Virus record (IMG/VR): IMGVR_UViG_3300028588_000057 | Location: 1 to 36,236 of that record | Length of the DNA: 36,236 nucleotides | Source: a virus | Lineage: Duplodnaviria > Caudoviricetes | Strand: one strand, 5' to 3' | Shown here: positions 1-8,770 of the stretch, one piece after another | Layout: each line of letters begins with the position of its first letter | Position numbering within the stretch: position 1 is the stretch's first letter | Translations under genes and position numbers: made by a program | The notes under the pieces: generated by a model | The model's database searches: none | The model's input: the letters and a program-made list of their open reading frames with translations, nothing else | Told to the model about the DNA's origin: nothing

Positions 1-39
1 TTCCAGGAAATAATGCAGTGGGGGGATGTCTGCTTTCAT
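1..39 (-). CDS. 5' end of a gene downstream of portal (partial; MKADIPPLHYFLE...)
   Basis: ATG at 39 on the minus strand, just after the portal stop, open to the window edge; too short to assign. Confidence 0.4.
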   Translation of the reverse strand, partial: MKADIPPLHYFLE

Positions 40-46
40 GGGCTAA

Positions 47-2116
47 TTATACGGAAGGTGGTTGATCTGCGGAAGGAGTTTGATTACCCATAGTGTTCAT
101 CACCTGAGTAAGTATCGACTCCTGCTGGCCGGTGGTAGAGTTAGCTCCAGGTGGTGCTTTAGGAGCCTGAGGATCGTAACCGAATTGCTCTGGCGTCGGC
201 TGAGCTGGGAACATCTTCTGAATCTCTTCAGCCGGTTTATCAGACTTCGACATAGCTTCGGCAATGCTAGCAACTGCTTGCTGCCACTGACCCATTGCTT
301 GCTCATAGGCCTGCTGGGGTTGCGACTTCTCAAATGCATGCAACTTAGCACCACGCTGCGCCATCAAGTAACTGAATAGCGGACCACGATTATAAGCAGC
401 ACCAATCTGAGGATCTTGAGCCATAGCTTGGAAAGCTGCTTGCAAGGTATCTCCGTCAATCATCTTATCTGCAGGAGTCTGGCCATCGCTAAGTTTGAAC
501 ATCAAGTTAGCATTACGCAGAGCAGCAGGATCCACCTTAACTTCTTGCTCGGTACCCACATTGGTAATAGTGGTCTCAGGCTGGAATTGGAGAATATTAA
601 GTTTCAGAATCTCCTTAATTGGCTGCATGAAAGCACCTTCAATGCCCCAACTAATCAAGCGATCCCGACTAGAGCTATTAGACATTACTGAATCGAATTC
701 AAAGCGAGTCTTATTACCTTTAACAAATTGACCTTGGCGAGCTGGATTAAGTCCAGACACGTTATTAGCCATTCCGAGATAGCCTTGAATCTCTGCCTGG
801 TTGATCTGGAACTGGCCATCTTCGAAAGGTACGCGGTAGATAGCTTCAGCAATTGAGCCTCCAGTAGCACCTGGCCGGATAGGGATTCGGCTGGCAGGAT
901 TATCGTTATTCATATGAGCTGGATTAATACGGCTGGCATCATAGAACATGCGATCGGCAATAGAGCGACGGCGAGCAGCAATAGACAAGTTACTCAGAGC
1001 ACTAGTAATAGACTGCATTGGCTCCAGGTTATTAGCCATCGACTTAGTCTGGTAACCGAGCTTGTCATCAATCAGCTGACTAAATACAATAGGCATGTAG
1101 TCATGCGCATTGGTCAGCCGCTCTGCATAAATCAGTACTTGGTTATTAACAAAGATGAACTTCCAGACTTGGGGCGTATTAGCTCCAGGAACACCACGCA
1201 TCCGCATGTCGTTAGGAAGGATCCGGCCATACAAAGTAGTGACAAGGTAATTATTTGAATAGTTAATTGCATTCTTTTTAGACTCCATACCAGCCCATTC
1301 CAGCCAGTTAGTTTGACCAAGCACATTATTACGAAGACCTTGGAGAGTCTCCATATTAATATGAGGTACAAAGTAACCTTTATAGCTGTTATATGCTGAG
1401 CTAGCAGGACCAAAGCCAGGACCAGACTCATAAGCTTCACGAGCATTCATATGACCGGGTAGCTTAGCAATGAATTGCTTAAGTCGAATCCGAGACATCA
1501 TCTCGATCTTACCAGTAAACTCGCCTTCCGCAGCTACCTTACGAGGATCAACAGTCATATCCCAGAAGGTATTATACAGATCCATCGACTTAAGTTTATT
1601 ACCTTGCCACTGGACTTCAGTTAGCTTGGCTGACTCAGGAGCAAAAGTGACCTGCTTAGCCCAGTCTACTTCCATACCCATTAGGTTATACTTGAAGCCA
1701 TCACGGAAGGACTGAGTAAACTCTGTGATCCAGTCCCCATGGAATTGCTGGTCGGCAATGATGGTATCCATTTGAGCTGCTATGTTCTCTTTGCCAGGAG
1801 TAGTCACTGTGCTGAACATAGGAAAACCAGAGCAGAACACTTCCACTTGGTAAGCAGTTGCCATCTCAACTTGAGGCATGACTACTGGAACTATGATGTT
1901 CTGGAACTTAGTGGGATCGCCGCGATACTGTGCTAGTTTCGACTTGATAGTATCATCAGTCCAATCCAACTCACGGGCATAGTTAAGGTCCCGCTGGCGG
2001 AAGGATTCCCGCAGATTGAAGTTATCATTAGAGCTAGCTAGTACTGAGTGCAGGAACTTAACAATCCGTTGCTGTGACTCTTCGCTAGGAATGTAAGCTA
2101 GGGAAGGAGAGGTCAT
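47..2116 (-). CDS. portal protein (head-tail connector)
   Basis: 689 aa, directly downstream of terL; podovirus portal-like size and features (PIVFSQ..DDKLGYQ, NNVSGLNPARQG, Q/P-rich C-terminal tail); AAGGA RBS. Confidence 0.8.
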   Translation of the reverse strand: MTSPSLAYIPSEESQQRIVKFLHSVLASSNDNFNLRESFRQRDLNYARELDWTDDTIKSKLAQYRGDPTKFQNIIVPVVMPQVEMATAYQVEVFCSGFPMFSTVTTPGKENIAAQMDTIIADQQFHGDWITEFTQSFRDGFKYNLMGMEVDWAKQVTFAPESAKLTEVQWQGNKLKSMDLYNTFWDMTVDPRKVAAEGEFTGKIEMMSRIRLKQFIAKLPGHMNAREAYESGPGFGPASSAYNSYKGYFVPHINMETLQGLRNNVLGQTNWLEWAGMESKKNAINYSNNYLVTTLYGRILPNDMRMRGVPGANTPQVWKFIFVNNQVLIYAERLTNAHDYMPIVFSQLIDDKLGYQTKSMANNLEPMQSITSALSNLSIAARRRSIADRMFYDASRINPAHMNNDNPASRIPIRPGATGGSIAEAIYRVPFEDGQFQINQAEIQGYLGMANNVSGLNPARQGQFVKGNKTRFEFDSVMSNSSSRDRLISWGIEGAFMQPIKEILKLNILQFQPETTITNVGTEQEVKVDPAALRNANLMFKLSDGQTPADKMIDGDTLQAAFQAMAQDPQIGAAYNRGPLFSYLMAQRGAKLHAFEKSQPQQAYEQAMGQWQQAVASIAEAMSKSDKPAEEIQKMFPAQPTPEQFGYDPQAPKAPPGANSTTGQQESILTQVMNTMGNQTPSADQPPSV

Positions 2117-2174
2117 TTAGTATATTCCTTAGGCAGGAAGTTGATGGGAAGTAATTAAAGTAGATAGATAAGAG

Positions 2175-2394
2175 GGCCCCTCCATCCACTTGGCGGCTTG
2201 ACGCCTTGGCTATCTTGCGTCACTCGGCCACTAATTGTACAAGAGAACGCTACGCTCTCAGCAGCGCAAATCATCCTCGCTCGCTTCGTACCTCGCTTCG
2301 CTCCGGTATTTACTTGCTTCGCTCTTGACAATCAGATTCTGCCTTCGTGCTGAGCAAGCTCAAGGGTCAACCACCGGCGCTACTTCCGGGGGCC
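2175..2394 (-). other. long structured non-coding element (fold-back with GC-GNA-GC mini-hairpins); candidate single-strand initiation site or ncRNA
   Basis: Nested minus-strand helices GGCCCC/GGGGCC, GGTGG-TTGAC-CCTTG/CAAGG-GTCAA-CCGCC, CTTGC/GCAAG, CTGATTGT/ACAATTAG, CAAGAG/CTCTTG, GTAAAT/ATTTGC; three mismatches resolve as G-T wobbles only on the minus strand. Confidence 0.7.
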
Positions 2395-2414
2395 GCCCGA
2401 CGAGATAGCAGCGG

Positions 2415-3944
2415 CTAAGCTGGCGACAAAGCCAATACTGGGTCCATTTGCCACATATCCATTTCGATAGCAGCCATGTCTTGTTCATTAAGTATGGTTA
2501 GGTTCTTAAGGTAATCTGCTAGCTCTCCAAGCACACGGGGTGCGTAAGTTACCAAGTCCAAGATACCATCAGTGTTCTTAGTCTTGAGTGCATTAAATAT
2601 CTTAGCTTGTGATTCAAAGTGAGCAATCACCCGAGGATGCATTCTGGTATCACCAGCTGCTACTTCCTTGAACATATTCAGAATCCGGGTATTCTTAGCA
2701 GTCTTGCCTGAGAACATTGGGACAATCTGAATACCCTGAATACCAAGTTTGTCCATAGTAACTCGCATCCAGTACCCCAGGGATGCCTGATACGCGTTAC
2801 CTTCAATCACTATAAGTGAGCAGTTATACTTAATAGCCATCTTAATAGCTTTAAGCACGTTCACACCCGGGCTGAATTTACCATACTCCACATCCCAGAA
2901 GACTGGCTTAGCTTCATGCACCTGGAAGTAACCAATAGAGACATCATCTCCAGCTTCATTACCAGATGCAGGATCAATAACAATGAAATTACCTGCATGC
3001 GGATCATGATCATCTATGTCCCAAGCTGGCAACTTATCCCGTTGATAGAGATTAGAGGTAGCTGCATTAGGGTCATTAAGTACTTCAGCGTAAAAGATCT
3101 CTGGGTGACCAGATGCATTATCAGCTGCGAACTCTTCTAGTAACTGCTCAAGTGGCTGCAGCTCTTCCCATAGACTAGACATCTCGCCACTAGCTGGATC
3201 CTGCAGGATACCCCCTTGAATAAGAGAGGTCCAGTAAGGATTAGTCTGCAGCTTCTTCAAGATACTATGAGGAGTCGGGTACATGTTAGCTACAAATAGA
3301 GCCATGCAGCCAGCTGGATCCTTAGCTTTAAGAGCAGTACCAAGCATCCAGTTATAGATGCCATCGCTAACTCCCTTACTATCAGCGTCTTCACGATCCT
3401 GCACATCCTCAAATATGATCAGATCTGGGCGAGCATTCTTTAAGTTAAGCCCTCGAACTGAACCACCTGCACCTAGACCAGCAATGATAATTGGGCGGCC
3501 CCGGAATGCAAATACCTTGATGTTACTAGCATCTCTCTGAGCAGTCTGCTTCCAGTAGCCAAACAGCTTTCTAATATTAGGCTCCTCTAGGAAGTCCATA
3601 ATGTCAGAGATGATGTTAGCTGCTTTGGCTTCAGTCTTACTCAGTATCAGTATAAATTTACGATTGCTAAATAGAATCGCATAGAGGCAGAAGAGCTTAA
3701 TAACAGTGGTCTTACCAAAGCCCCGTGGCAGCCCAAGAGCTAGTCTGGAGAATCTACGCTTCTTACTAATCTCTTGAGTAAGCCAGCTCCATACCATCAG
3801 GAACACTGGGGGCAGATTGTACTTCCAGACTGTGGGCATAGCTAGACCTCCTAAGAAATCAGGGTCCAGTTTAGCCAGCTCCTTAGCTTGCTCTGCACTA
3901 GTACTAGATTCTATTAGCTCGTCGAAGTCTGTTTCATCCGACAT
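2415..3944 (-). CDS. terL: terminase large subunit
   Basis: Walker A LPRGFGKTT, Walker B LIIFEDVQD, RNase H-like nuclease residues VIDPAS and DGILD; adjacent to portal. Confidence 0.92.
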   Translation of the reverse strand: MSDETDFDELIESSTSAEQAKELAKLDPDFLGGLAMPTVWKYNLPPVFLMVWSWLTQEISKKRRFSRLALGLPRGFGKTTVIKLFCLYAILFSNRKFILILSKTEAKAANIISDIMDFLEEPNIRKLFGYWKQTAQRDASNIKVFAFRGRPIIIAGLGAGGSVRGLNLKNARPDLIIFEDVQDREDADSKGVSDGIYNWMLGTALKAKDPAGCMALFVANMYPTPHSILKKLQTNPYWTSLIQGGILQDPASGEMSSLWEELQPLEQLLEEFAADNASGHPEIFYAEVLNDPNAATSNLYQRDKLPAWDIDDHDPHAGNFIVIDPASGNEAGDDVSIGYFQVHEAKPVFWDVEYGKFSPGVNVLKAIKMAIKYNCSLIVIEGNAYQASLGYWMRVTMDKLGIQGIQIVPMFSGKTAKNTRILNMFKEVAAGDTRMHPRVIAHFESQAKIFNALKTKNTDGILDLVTYAPRVLGELADYLKNLTILNEQDMAAIEMDMWQMDPVLALSPA

Positions 3945-3965
3945 AGGTATCGGCTCCTGATACGA

Positions 3966-4559
3966 TCATAGGTCTGCTGCGCTAACTTCTTGTCTTGCTC
4001 GGTCAAGCGCTCCTGTAATTGTTGGGACCTTAAGATCTTGGAATCCGCTGGATTCATCCTGGAGTCTTTTGGGCTCATTTGGCATCTCCCTTAATGGCAT
4101 CCTGCTGATAGTATCAGATGAGACAGTAACTAGAGACTGACCATCGATTTCTACAATCTCATTAGTCTGAGCTGCTACAGCAAATTTGTGATGTACGATT
4201 CCTGGCAGTACCAGGGTTACTTGGACTGCATGGCCATTGGCACTAGCTGTGTCTGCGGCAACTGCTTTGCGTTTAGCTGCGTTAGCAACTTGAAGAATCT
4301 TAATAATCTCCATTGGCTTAGTGGCCATTGCTAGGCTCATCCGCATTTTCTTCATGGCTCTGGTTTCTAGGTCATCCCACTCAGAGTCAATCTTACTAGC
4401 ATCAGTTAACTTACTAATCTTCCTGGCAGCTACTTTGGCCCGTACCTCTTCTGATTCCAGCAGCTGGTTAATTCGGGCTGGGCTAACTCCGAGAGCGTCA
4501 GCAACTATGACCTGGCTGTGACCATCTCCCAATAGCTCAATTACTTTCTCAATGTCCAT
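3966..4559 (-). CDS. probable terminase small subunit (N-terminal HTH)
   Basis: HTH-like SQVIVADALGVSPARINQL; directly upstream of terL; start moved to ATG 4559 because a GGAG RBS precedes it. Confidence 0.6.
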   Translation of the reverse strand: MDIEKVIELLGDGHSQVIVADALGVSPARINQLLESEEVRAKVAARKISKLTDASKIDSEWDDLETRAMKKMRMSLAMATKPMEIIKILQVANAAKRKAVAADTASANGHAVQVTLVLPGIVHHKFAVAAQTNEIVEIDGQSLVTVSSDTISRMPLREMPNEPKRLQDESSGFQDLKVPTITGALDRARQEVSAADL

Positions 4560-5103
4560 GAGTGGCTCCAAGCGAATTAGTAGAGATCAGGGCATCCAAC
4601 TCCTGGGGACTGCATCCGGTGCCTGACTCGATGGCTAATATTATATACACATGTAGCAGCAAGGAGATAGGATCAATTCCCGTATGGTTTGAATCTAGTT
4701 AGCAGGCTAATAATTAGATAACTAGACTATTACTAAGGGACTGATTCTAAAAATATTAAGAAATTTGGTTGTGGTTCTATAGGTAGAACAACCGCCGCGA
4801 GCCTAAAAAGGGTCCAGCGCCCCCCTATCTAGTGGTAGGTAGACTAGGAGTGTAAATGGGAATGAGAATGATTAGCATTCAGGATTAGGCTAGCAGGCTA
4901 GAGGTTAGCTCCCTGGCAGCAAGTGGGGTCAGTAGATAGGTGTAGTAAGTAGGGGACTGACTGAATTTATTTGTGTTTGTTGCGTAATTACAACCCCATT
5001 TATATTGATCGGCGTAGAATTTGAGTTGTGGTGAATGCAGTTAGTTAAGTAGATAAGTAGTTAGTAATTAAGTAAGTCTATCTTAGATAGGCTGAGGTAA
5101 ACT

Positions 5104-5116
5104 CGCTCATTAACAA
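5104..5116 (+). promoter_or_regulatory. boxA-like antitermination element
   Basis: CGCTCATTAACAA, one mismatch from the GCTCTTTAACA boxA consensus, in the leader of the early operon. Confidence 0.4.
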
Positions 5117-5178
5117 TTCGGATTCAGTAGGACCATATTGGTCTAGGTGCGCCTGTATTGGCTCCTGGATCCTATGGT

Positions 5179-5248
5179 TAGGACATTGATTATCTAATCG
5201 ATATGCTAATGGTCTATAACCTAAGCCTATTAGTTAGTTAGTGTCCTA
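5179..5248 (+). other. long RNA hairpin in the early leader (possible RNase III site)
   Basis: TAGGACATTGATTA-T-CTAAT pairs with ATTAG-T-TAGTTAGTGTCCTA, with G-U pairs on the plus strand. Confidence 0.5.
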
Positions 5249-5329
5249 TCTGTAGAATGTTAAGTAGTAAAAATCAGTCGATGCTAGATTCCCACAATGA
5301 ATAGTTAGTAACTAACGGAGTAATTGAAA

Positions 5330-5569
5330 ATGATTAAGTTAATCAAGCGTGCTGTTAATGCAATAGCTTATTGGAATGCTTATAAGGTGCGAGTAGTTAG
5401 CGTGGATTTCCCTGGTCAAGTAGTTGAGCATGTAGCGGCTGATTGGCAGGATGCAGTGGATTGGATGAGACAGTATCCAGTTACTGACGCGATAGTAGTA
5501 GGCAGGCGTGGAATGGTAGTAGCGGAGCGGTCAGTGTATGAAGTTACTGGTTTTGCAAGGAGCGTATGA
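5330..5569 (+). CDS. hypothetical early protein
   Basis: ORF with GGAG RBS (5317-5320); ATG 5330 preferred over TTG 5324. Confidence 0.65.
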   Translation: MIKLIKRAVNAIAYWNAYKVRVVSVDFPGQVVEHVAADWQDAVDWMRQYPVTDAIVVGRRGMVVAERSVYEVTGFARSV

Positions 5570-5814
5570 TGAACCAGATTGAGCCAATCGAATTTACTAG
5601 CGCCAATGGTAAGACCCGGTATATAGTTGACGGGGATAAGGTAAGGACTCTGCGTAATCGGAATGGAGATTGGATTGCGGGGGAAGTTATGCAGTGTGCT
5701 AGCAATGAGTTAGCAGTTAATTATGCCCGGTATGCATCAGGTCAGATTGATAGTAAGGAATATATAAGGGTCTGGTCTGAGTCAGATACTTGGAAGCAAG
5801 CAATAGCGGGTTAG
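5566..5814 (+). CDS. hypothetical early protein
   Basis: 82 aa, AAGGAG RBS, ATGA overlap with the previous gene. Confidence 0.7.
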   Translation: MMNQIEPIEFTSANGKTRYIVDGDKVRTLRNRNGDWIAGEVMQCASNELAVNYARYASGQIDSKEYIRVWSESDTWKQAIAG

Positions 5815-5819
5815 TGAGC

Positions 5820-5883
5820 TAGTGCAGTAATTGGGTTAGGCCCGGATAATGGGTCTAGCTCCAATTGCCACTATAGGCAGTTA
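5820..5883 (+). other. long intergenic RNA hairpin (possible RNase III site)
   Basis: TAGTG-CA-GTAATTGG-GTTAGGCCC / GGGTCTAGC-T-CCAATTGC-CACTA, ~22 bp with G-U pairs. Confidence 0.55.
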
Positions 5884-5944
5884 GGGTAAGTCAGTCCCAT
5901 TACTGATATAGGGAATTAGTTCCCATCTTTGGAGTATTACTATC

Positions 5945-6601
5945 ATGGCTACATCTTTTGAATTGAATGCAGATAAGACCACTGCCACTGTTTCTCACTT
6001 TTTTAAGGCAGCACAGAAACCCGGTAGCGCAGCGGATGCAGCTAAGGTGAAGCGAGCTAGCATTAAGTTTGCTTTTGATGCGGTAGTAGAAGGTGGACGG
6101 ATTGATGCTGATATTGCGATGATTGTTAATGAGTCGCTGGCTCAGTATGGTAAGCGCCTGATTGCAGGTAAGGCTAGTGATTGGGACTATGTGCCAACTG
6201 CCGGGCAAGTTACCATTCCGGCTCTGGCTGCTGAGTTGCGTAAGGTAAGCGAGCGTGGTGTAGGCGTGTTGGCTCCTGCTAATCTGGTAGCTCTGTCAGT
6301 AGCTTACACCCGGTGGGCTGTGGATGTAGCTAGCATGGGTGAAGGTAAGGCGGCCGGTGGTGCGGGTCTGGTGCGTACTGCATTCAAGGATGTGCTAGGG
6401 AATAAGGAAGTGTTGGCAGTCTTTAAGCAGCGGATGGATAGCTTTGTGGAATGGCTAGTAGAAGCCCCGGAAGATGCAAGCATTGGATGGGGGTTGGAAG
6501 CGCAGTACGGAATGGAAATGCTGGGTGAGGTAGCAGCGGCATTGATGGATAAGTTGGATACAGTATTGAGTGCTGGTAAGATTACAGCACTGGACCTGTA
6601 A
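5945..6601 (+). CDS. hypothetical protein, paralog of 14826..15440
   Basis: 218 aa, GGAG RBS; shares VKRAS, AGL[VL]..F..[VI].G...LAV and C-terminal KITAxDL with 14826..15440. Confidence 0.8.
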   Translation: MATSFELNADKTTATVSHFFKAAQKPGSAADAAKVKRASIKFAFDAVVEGGRIDADIAMIVNESLAQYGKRLIAGKASDWDYVPTAGQVTIPALAAELRKVSERGVGVLAPANLVALSVAYTRWAVDVASMGEGKAAGGAGLVRTAFKDVLGNKEVLAVFKQRMDSFVEWLVEAPEDASIGWGLEAQYGMEMLGEVAAALMDKLDTVLSAGKITALDL

Positions 6602-6614
6602 GCCCTGCTAGTTA

Positions 6615-6666
6615 GTCAGTAGGTGATTAGGGGTTAGATAGTTTAGCCCCTAATAGCATTCTGATT
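6615..6666 (+). other. long hairpin after gene (processing site or terminator)
   Basis: ATTAGGGGTTAGA / TTTAGCCCCTAAT core extended by AGTCAG/CTGATT; no clear U-tract. Confidence 0.5.
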
Positions 6667-6702
6667 CACGCTGGTAAGTCAGTCAGGCTAGTAAGTCGAA
6701 AA

Positions 6703-7099
6703 GGGTCAATTGGCAGAATGTCAGATGCCTGCCAAAAAAGTGGCAGAAAAGTGGCATATGCCAAATGGCAGTCAATTGACAGTTTGACCCGGACCCCCAC
6801 TCTGTCCCCCTGTATGCCTCAGCCCTCATGCGTTACTAGCTCTCCCTTACTATCTCCCTTACCCCTCTAGCTATCCCTATACCCCTACTAAAAATCCTGT
6901 TACTAACTACTGTATTTATTTATTAGATTTTTTAATGGGGTCTAATAAAAAGCCTATCCTTATAGTGATAGTAGGGAAGGAGAGAGTTAGTAAGTAGGTA
7001 TAGATAGTAACTCAGGCATGCACAGGATAAGCGCATGGGGCATAGGCAGGGGTCAGGGGATTGTGCCAATTGGCAGGCAATTGACCGATTGGCAATCGG
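6703..7099. other. symmetric repeat-rich element; candidate replication origin
   Basis: TGGCA/TGCCA and CAATTG clusters at both ends, C-rich left arm, AT-rich centre with TTTATTAGA/TCTAATAAA inverted repeat, G-rich right arm. Confidence 0.55.
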
Positions 7100-7102
7100 C
7101 GC

Positions 7103-7132
7103 TTGACGGGCTGACAGAAAAAATGCGATAAT
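7103..7132 (+). promoter_or_regulatory. sigma70-type early promoter
   Basis: TTGACG-18 nt-GATAAT with an extended -10 TG. Confidence 0.7.
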
Positions 7133-7379
7133 AAGGCATGGGCTTAAATAGTGTCTCATTTTTACCACAGTCCCGAGTATGAGTAAGTAGCTCCCAATTA
7201 ACTCAGTAACTCAGTAACTGCCTGAGCCTTCAGCCCGCGCCAGCGGTCATGGCCGGTTACCTGAGCAGAGCTAACTAAATAGCAAGTAACTAATCCCCTA
7301 CGTACCGACGGTATCTAATGAATACCCATTACCTAATTAATAACCGTATCTGGAACTGCACCTAACAAGGATGCTAACA

Positions 7380-7526
7380 ATGACTCTAGTAGAACAACTA
7401 TCTAATATATCCGCTGCTGACTGGATTGAATTCCTATTCAGTCTATCTCCTATCTTCTGGGTGCTGGTAGGTGTGGCCGGGACTCTCCTTACTATCAATG
7501 CAGTTAATGAGCACAAAGGGAACTAA
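7380..7526 (+). CDS. small membrane protein (48 aa; absent from ORF track)
   Basis: MTLVEQLSNISAADWIEFLFSLSPIFWVLVGVAGTLLTINAVNEHKGN; AAGGA RBS; one hydrophobic helix. Confidence 0.65.
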   Translation: MTLVEQLSNISAADWIEFLFSLSPIFWVLVGVAGTLLTINAVNEHKGN

Positions 7527-7532
7527 CTCATT

Positions 7533-8009
7533 ATGTCTAAAGAATCCTTCCAAGCTGATATGGACTTGCTTAACCGAGCCTATCCTAATCTCCAATCAGG
7601 TACTCTGGACCCTGTAATTCTTAACACTACTGAATTCAAGGCAATTACCGGAATTAGCCTAGCTAGCTCCCGCTACTTTGAGCTTCCTATCTTCTGCTCC
7701 CGTATCCCAATCAGTGCTTGGGCGCTTACTCACTATCAGGAGATTATGCAGATGAGCAGTATGCTAGTAGGGGATGAGGTCAGGTATCTGGCTCCCACTA
7801 ATACAGGTGAGCGCCTATTCGTGCATGAAACTCAGCTAGAATACTTGCCTGCTGACTGGACTTACTGGCCCATTAGTAAGCAGGATCGGATAGCACTGAC
7901 TGGGTCTAGCTGGAAACCCTGGGCCAGTGCCAATCTACTAGTATGCAGCCCAATGAGCGGGCGCAAGATAGCAGGCTTTCAACATAGCATTCGGGAGCAA
8001 AGCAAATGA
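7533..8009 (+). CDS. hypothetical protein
   Basis: 158 aa ORF in a tightly packed operon. Confidence 0.7.
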   Translation: MSKESFQADMDLLNRAYPNLQSGTLDPVILNTTEFKAITGISLASSRYFELPIFCSRIPISAWALTHYQEIMQMSSMLVGDEVRYLAPTNTGERLFVHETQLEYLPADWTYWPISKQDRIALTGSSWKPWASANLLVCSPMSGRKIAGFQHSIREQSK

Positions 8010-8383
8010 GTAAGACTTTAGGTGCAACTCTAGCTAGTAATGTGCCAGGAAATCGACGCCTTGTTATTAGCCAGCGTACTAGGCATTTGGTAGATATGAT
8101 TACTCAATTGCTAGTAACTGAATCTGCTGAAATCATTCAGGATTATGTTATCCTCAAGGTTACTGATACTCCCATTAATAAGGATCTAATAGACCGGGAC
8201 AAACTACACCAATGGGCATCCAGTGAGGAACTGGCAATTGGTTTCAAGTCCGATGCTTACCATGTCACTCCCGGTAATGAGGAAATTGGTATCTTCTGGG
8301 GGGACAACAGGGAGAATGTACGGGATGCCTGGCTAGCTCGCTGGTCATCTGTTCAAGTCAATGAAATGGCAAGGAGTCAGTAA
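8006..8383 (+). CDS. hypothetical protein
   Basis: 125 aa, GGAG RBS, ATGA overlap. Confidence 0.7.
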   Translation: MSKTLGATLASNVPGNRRLVISQRTRHLVDMITQLLVTESAEIIQDYVILKVTDTPINKDLIDRDKLHQWASSEELAIGFKSDAYHVTPGNEEIGIFWGDNRENVRDAWLARWSSVQVNEMARSQ

Positions 8384-8385
8384 CC

Positions 8386-8700
8386 ATGAGTACAGTATCT
8401 AAAGACATAGCTGATAAGATTGTGGCCGGGAATGGCTGGATTGATAACCAGCATGAGGAAGTTACTCCAGCAGATGATCAACGAGTAGCTGCTATCATCT
8501 GCTATAACAACTCATTCGGAGGTGTCAGCTACGGGCTAGTAACTCATGGCCAATTCAATAAGTATCAAGCTACTGAGTATGTACGATCTCCTAGAGTCTA
8601 CTGGGAATGTACTGACACTGATTGTTGGTACTACGATAAACGATCAGATGGAGGAATTGGATATAAGCAAGTTAACGCATTACCTAATTTACCAGAGTAA
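8386..8700 (+). CDS. hypothetical protein
   Basis: 104 aa, AAGGAG RBS; stop codon lies in stem I of the hammerhead ribozyme. Confidence 0.75.
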   Translation: MSTVSKDIADKIVAGNGWIDNQHEEVTPADDQRVAAIICYNNSFGGVSYGLVTHGQFNKYQATEYVRSPRVYWECTDTDCWYYDKRSDGGIGYKQVNALPNLPE

Positions 8701-8757
8701 CTGATGAGGCTTCAGTAGCCGAAACCCCTTAATTGGGGTATTACTCATTCCAAATTA
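8685..8757 (+). ncRNA. type I hammerhead ribozyme
   Basis: Stem I GAGTAA(8695-8700)/TTACTC(8741-8746), core CTGATGA(8701-8707), stem II GGCT/AGCC, GAAA(8721-8724), stem III ACCCC/GGGGT, GUA triplet with predicted cleavage after 8740; stem I extension TAATTT/AAATTA. Confidence 0.92.
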
Positions 8758-8770
8758 CGGAGTTAATGCA

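Noticed and set aside
101-113. CACCTGAGTAAGT identical to 15465-15477
   Set aside because: Lies antisense within the portal gene and lacks the downstream TGCTCA pairing partner; probably chance.
4640-4676. sigma70 late promoter for the terminase operon (minus-strand TATAAT at 4645-4640)
   Set aside because: No -35 hexamer at 16-18 nt spacing and no correctly placed extended -10; it could be activator-dependent, but this is unsupported.
6703-7220. CRISPR-like array or tRNA among the short repeats (TGGCA clusters, TAACTCAG tandem)
   Set aside because: No constant 25-45 nt repeat with regular spacers and no cloverleaf or T-loop consensus.
5836-7290. Twister- or pistol-like fragments (GGCCCGGATAA near 5839; TAAATAG near 7145 and 7276)
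   Set aside because: The required conserved pseudoknot partners and catalytic segments could not be found.
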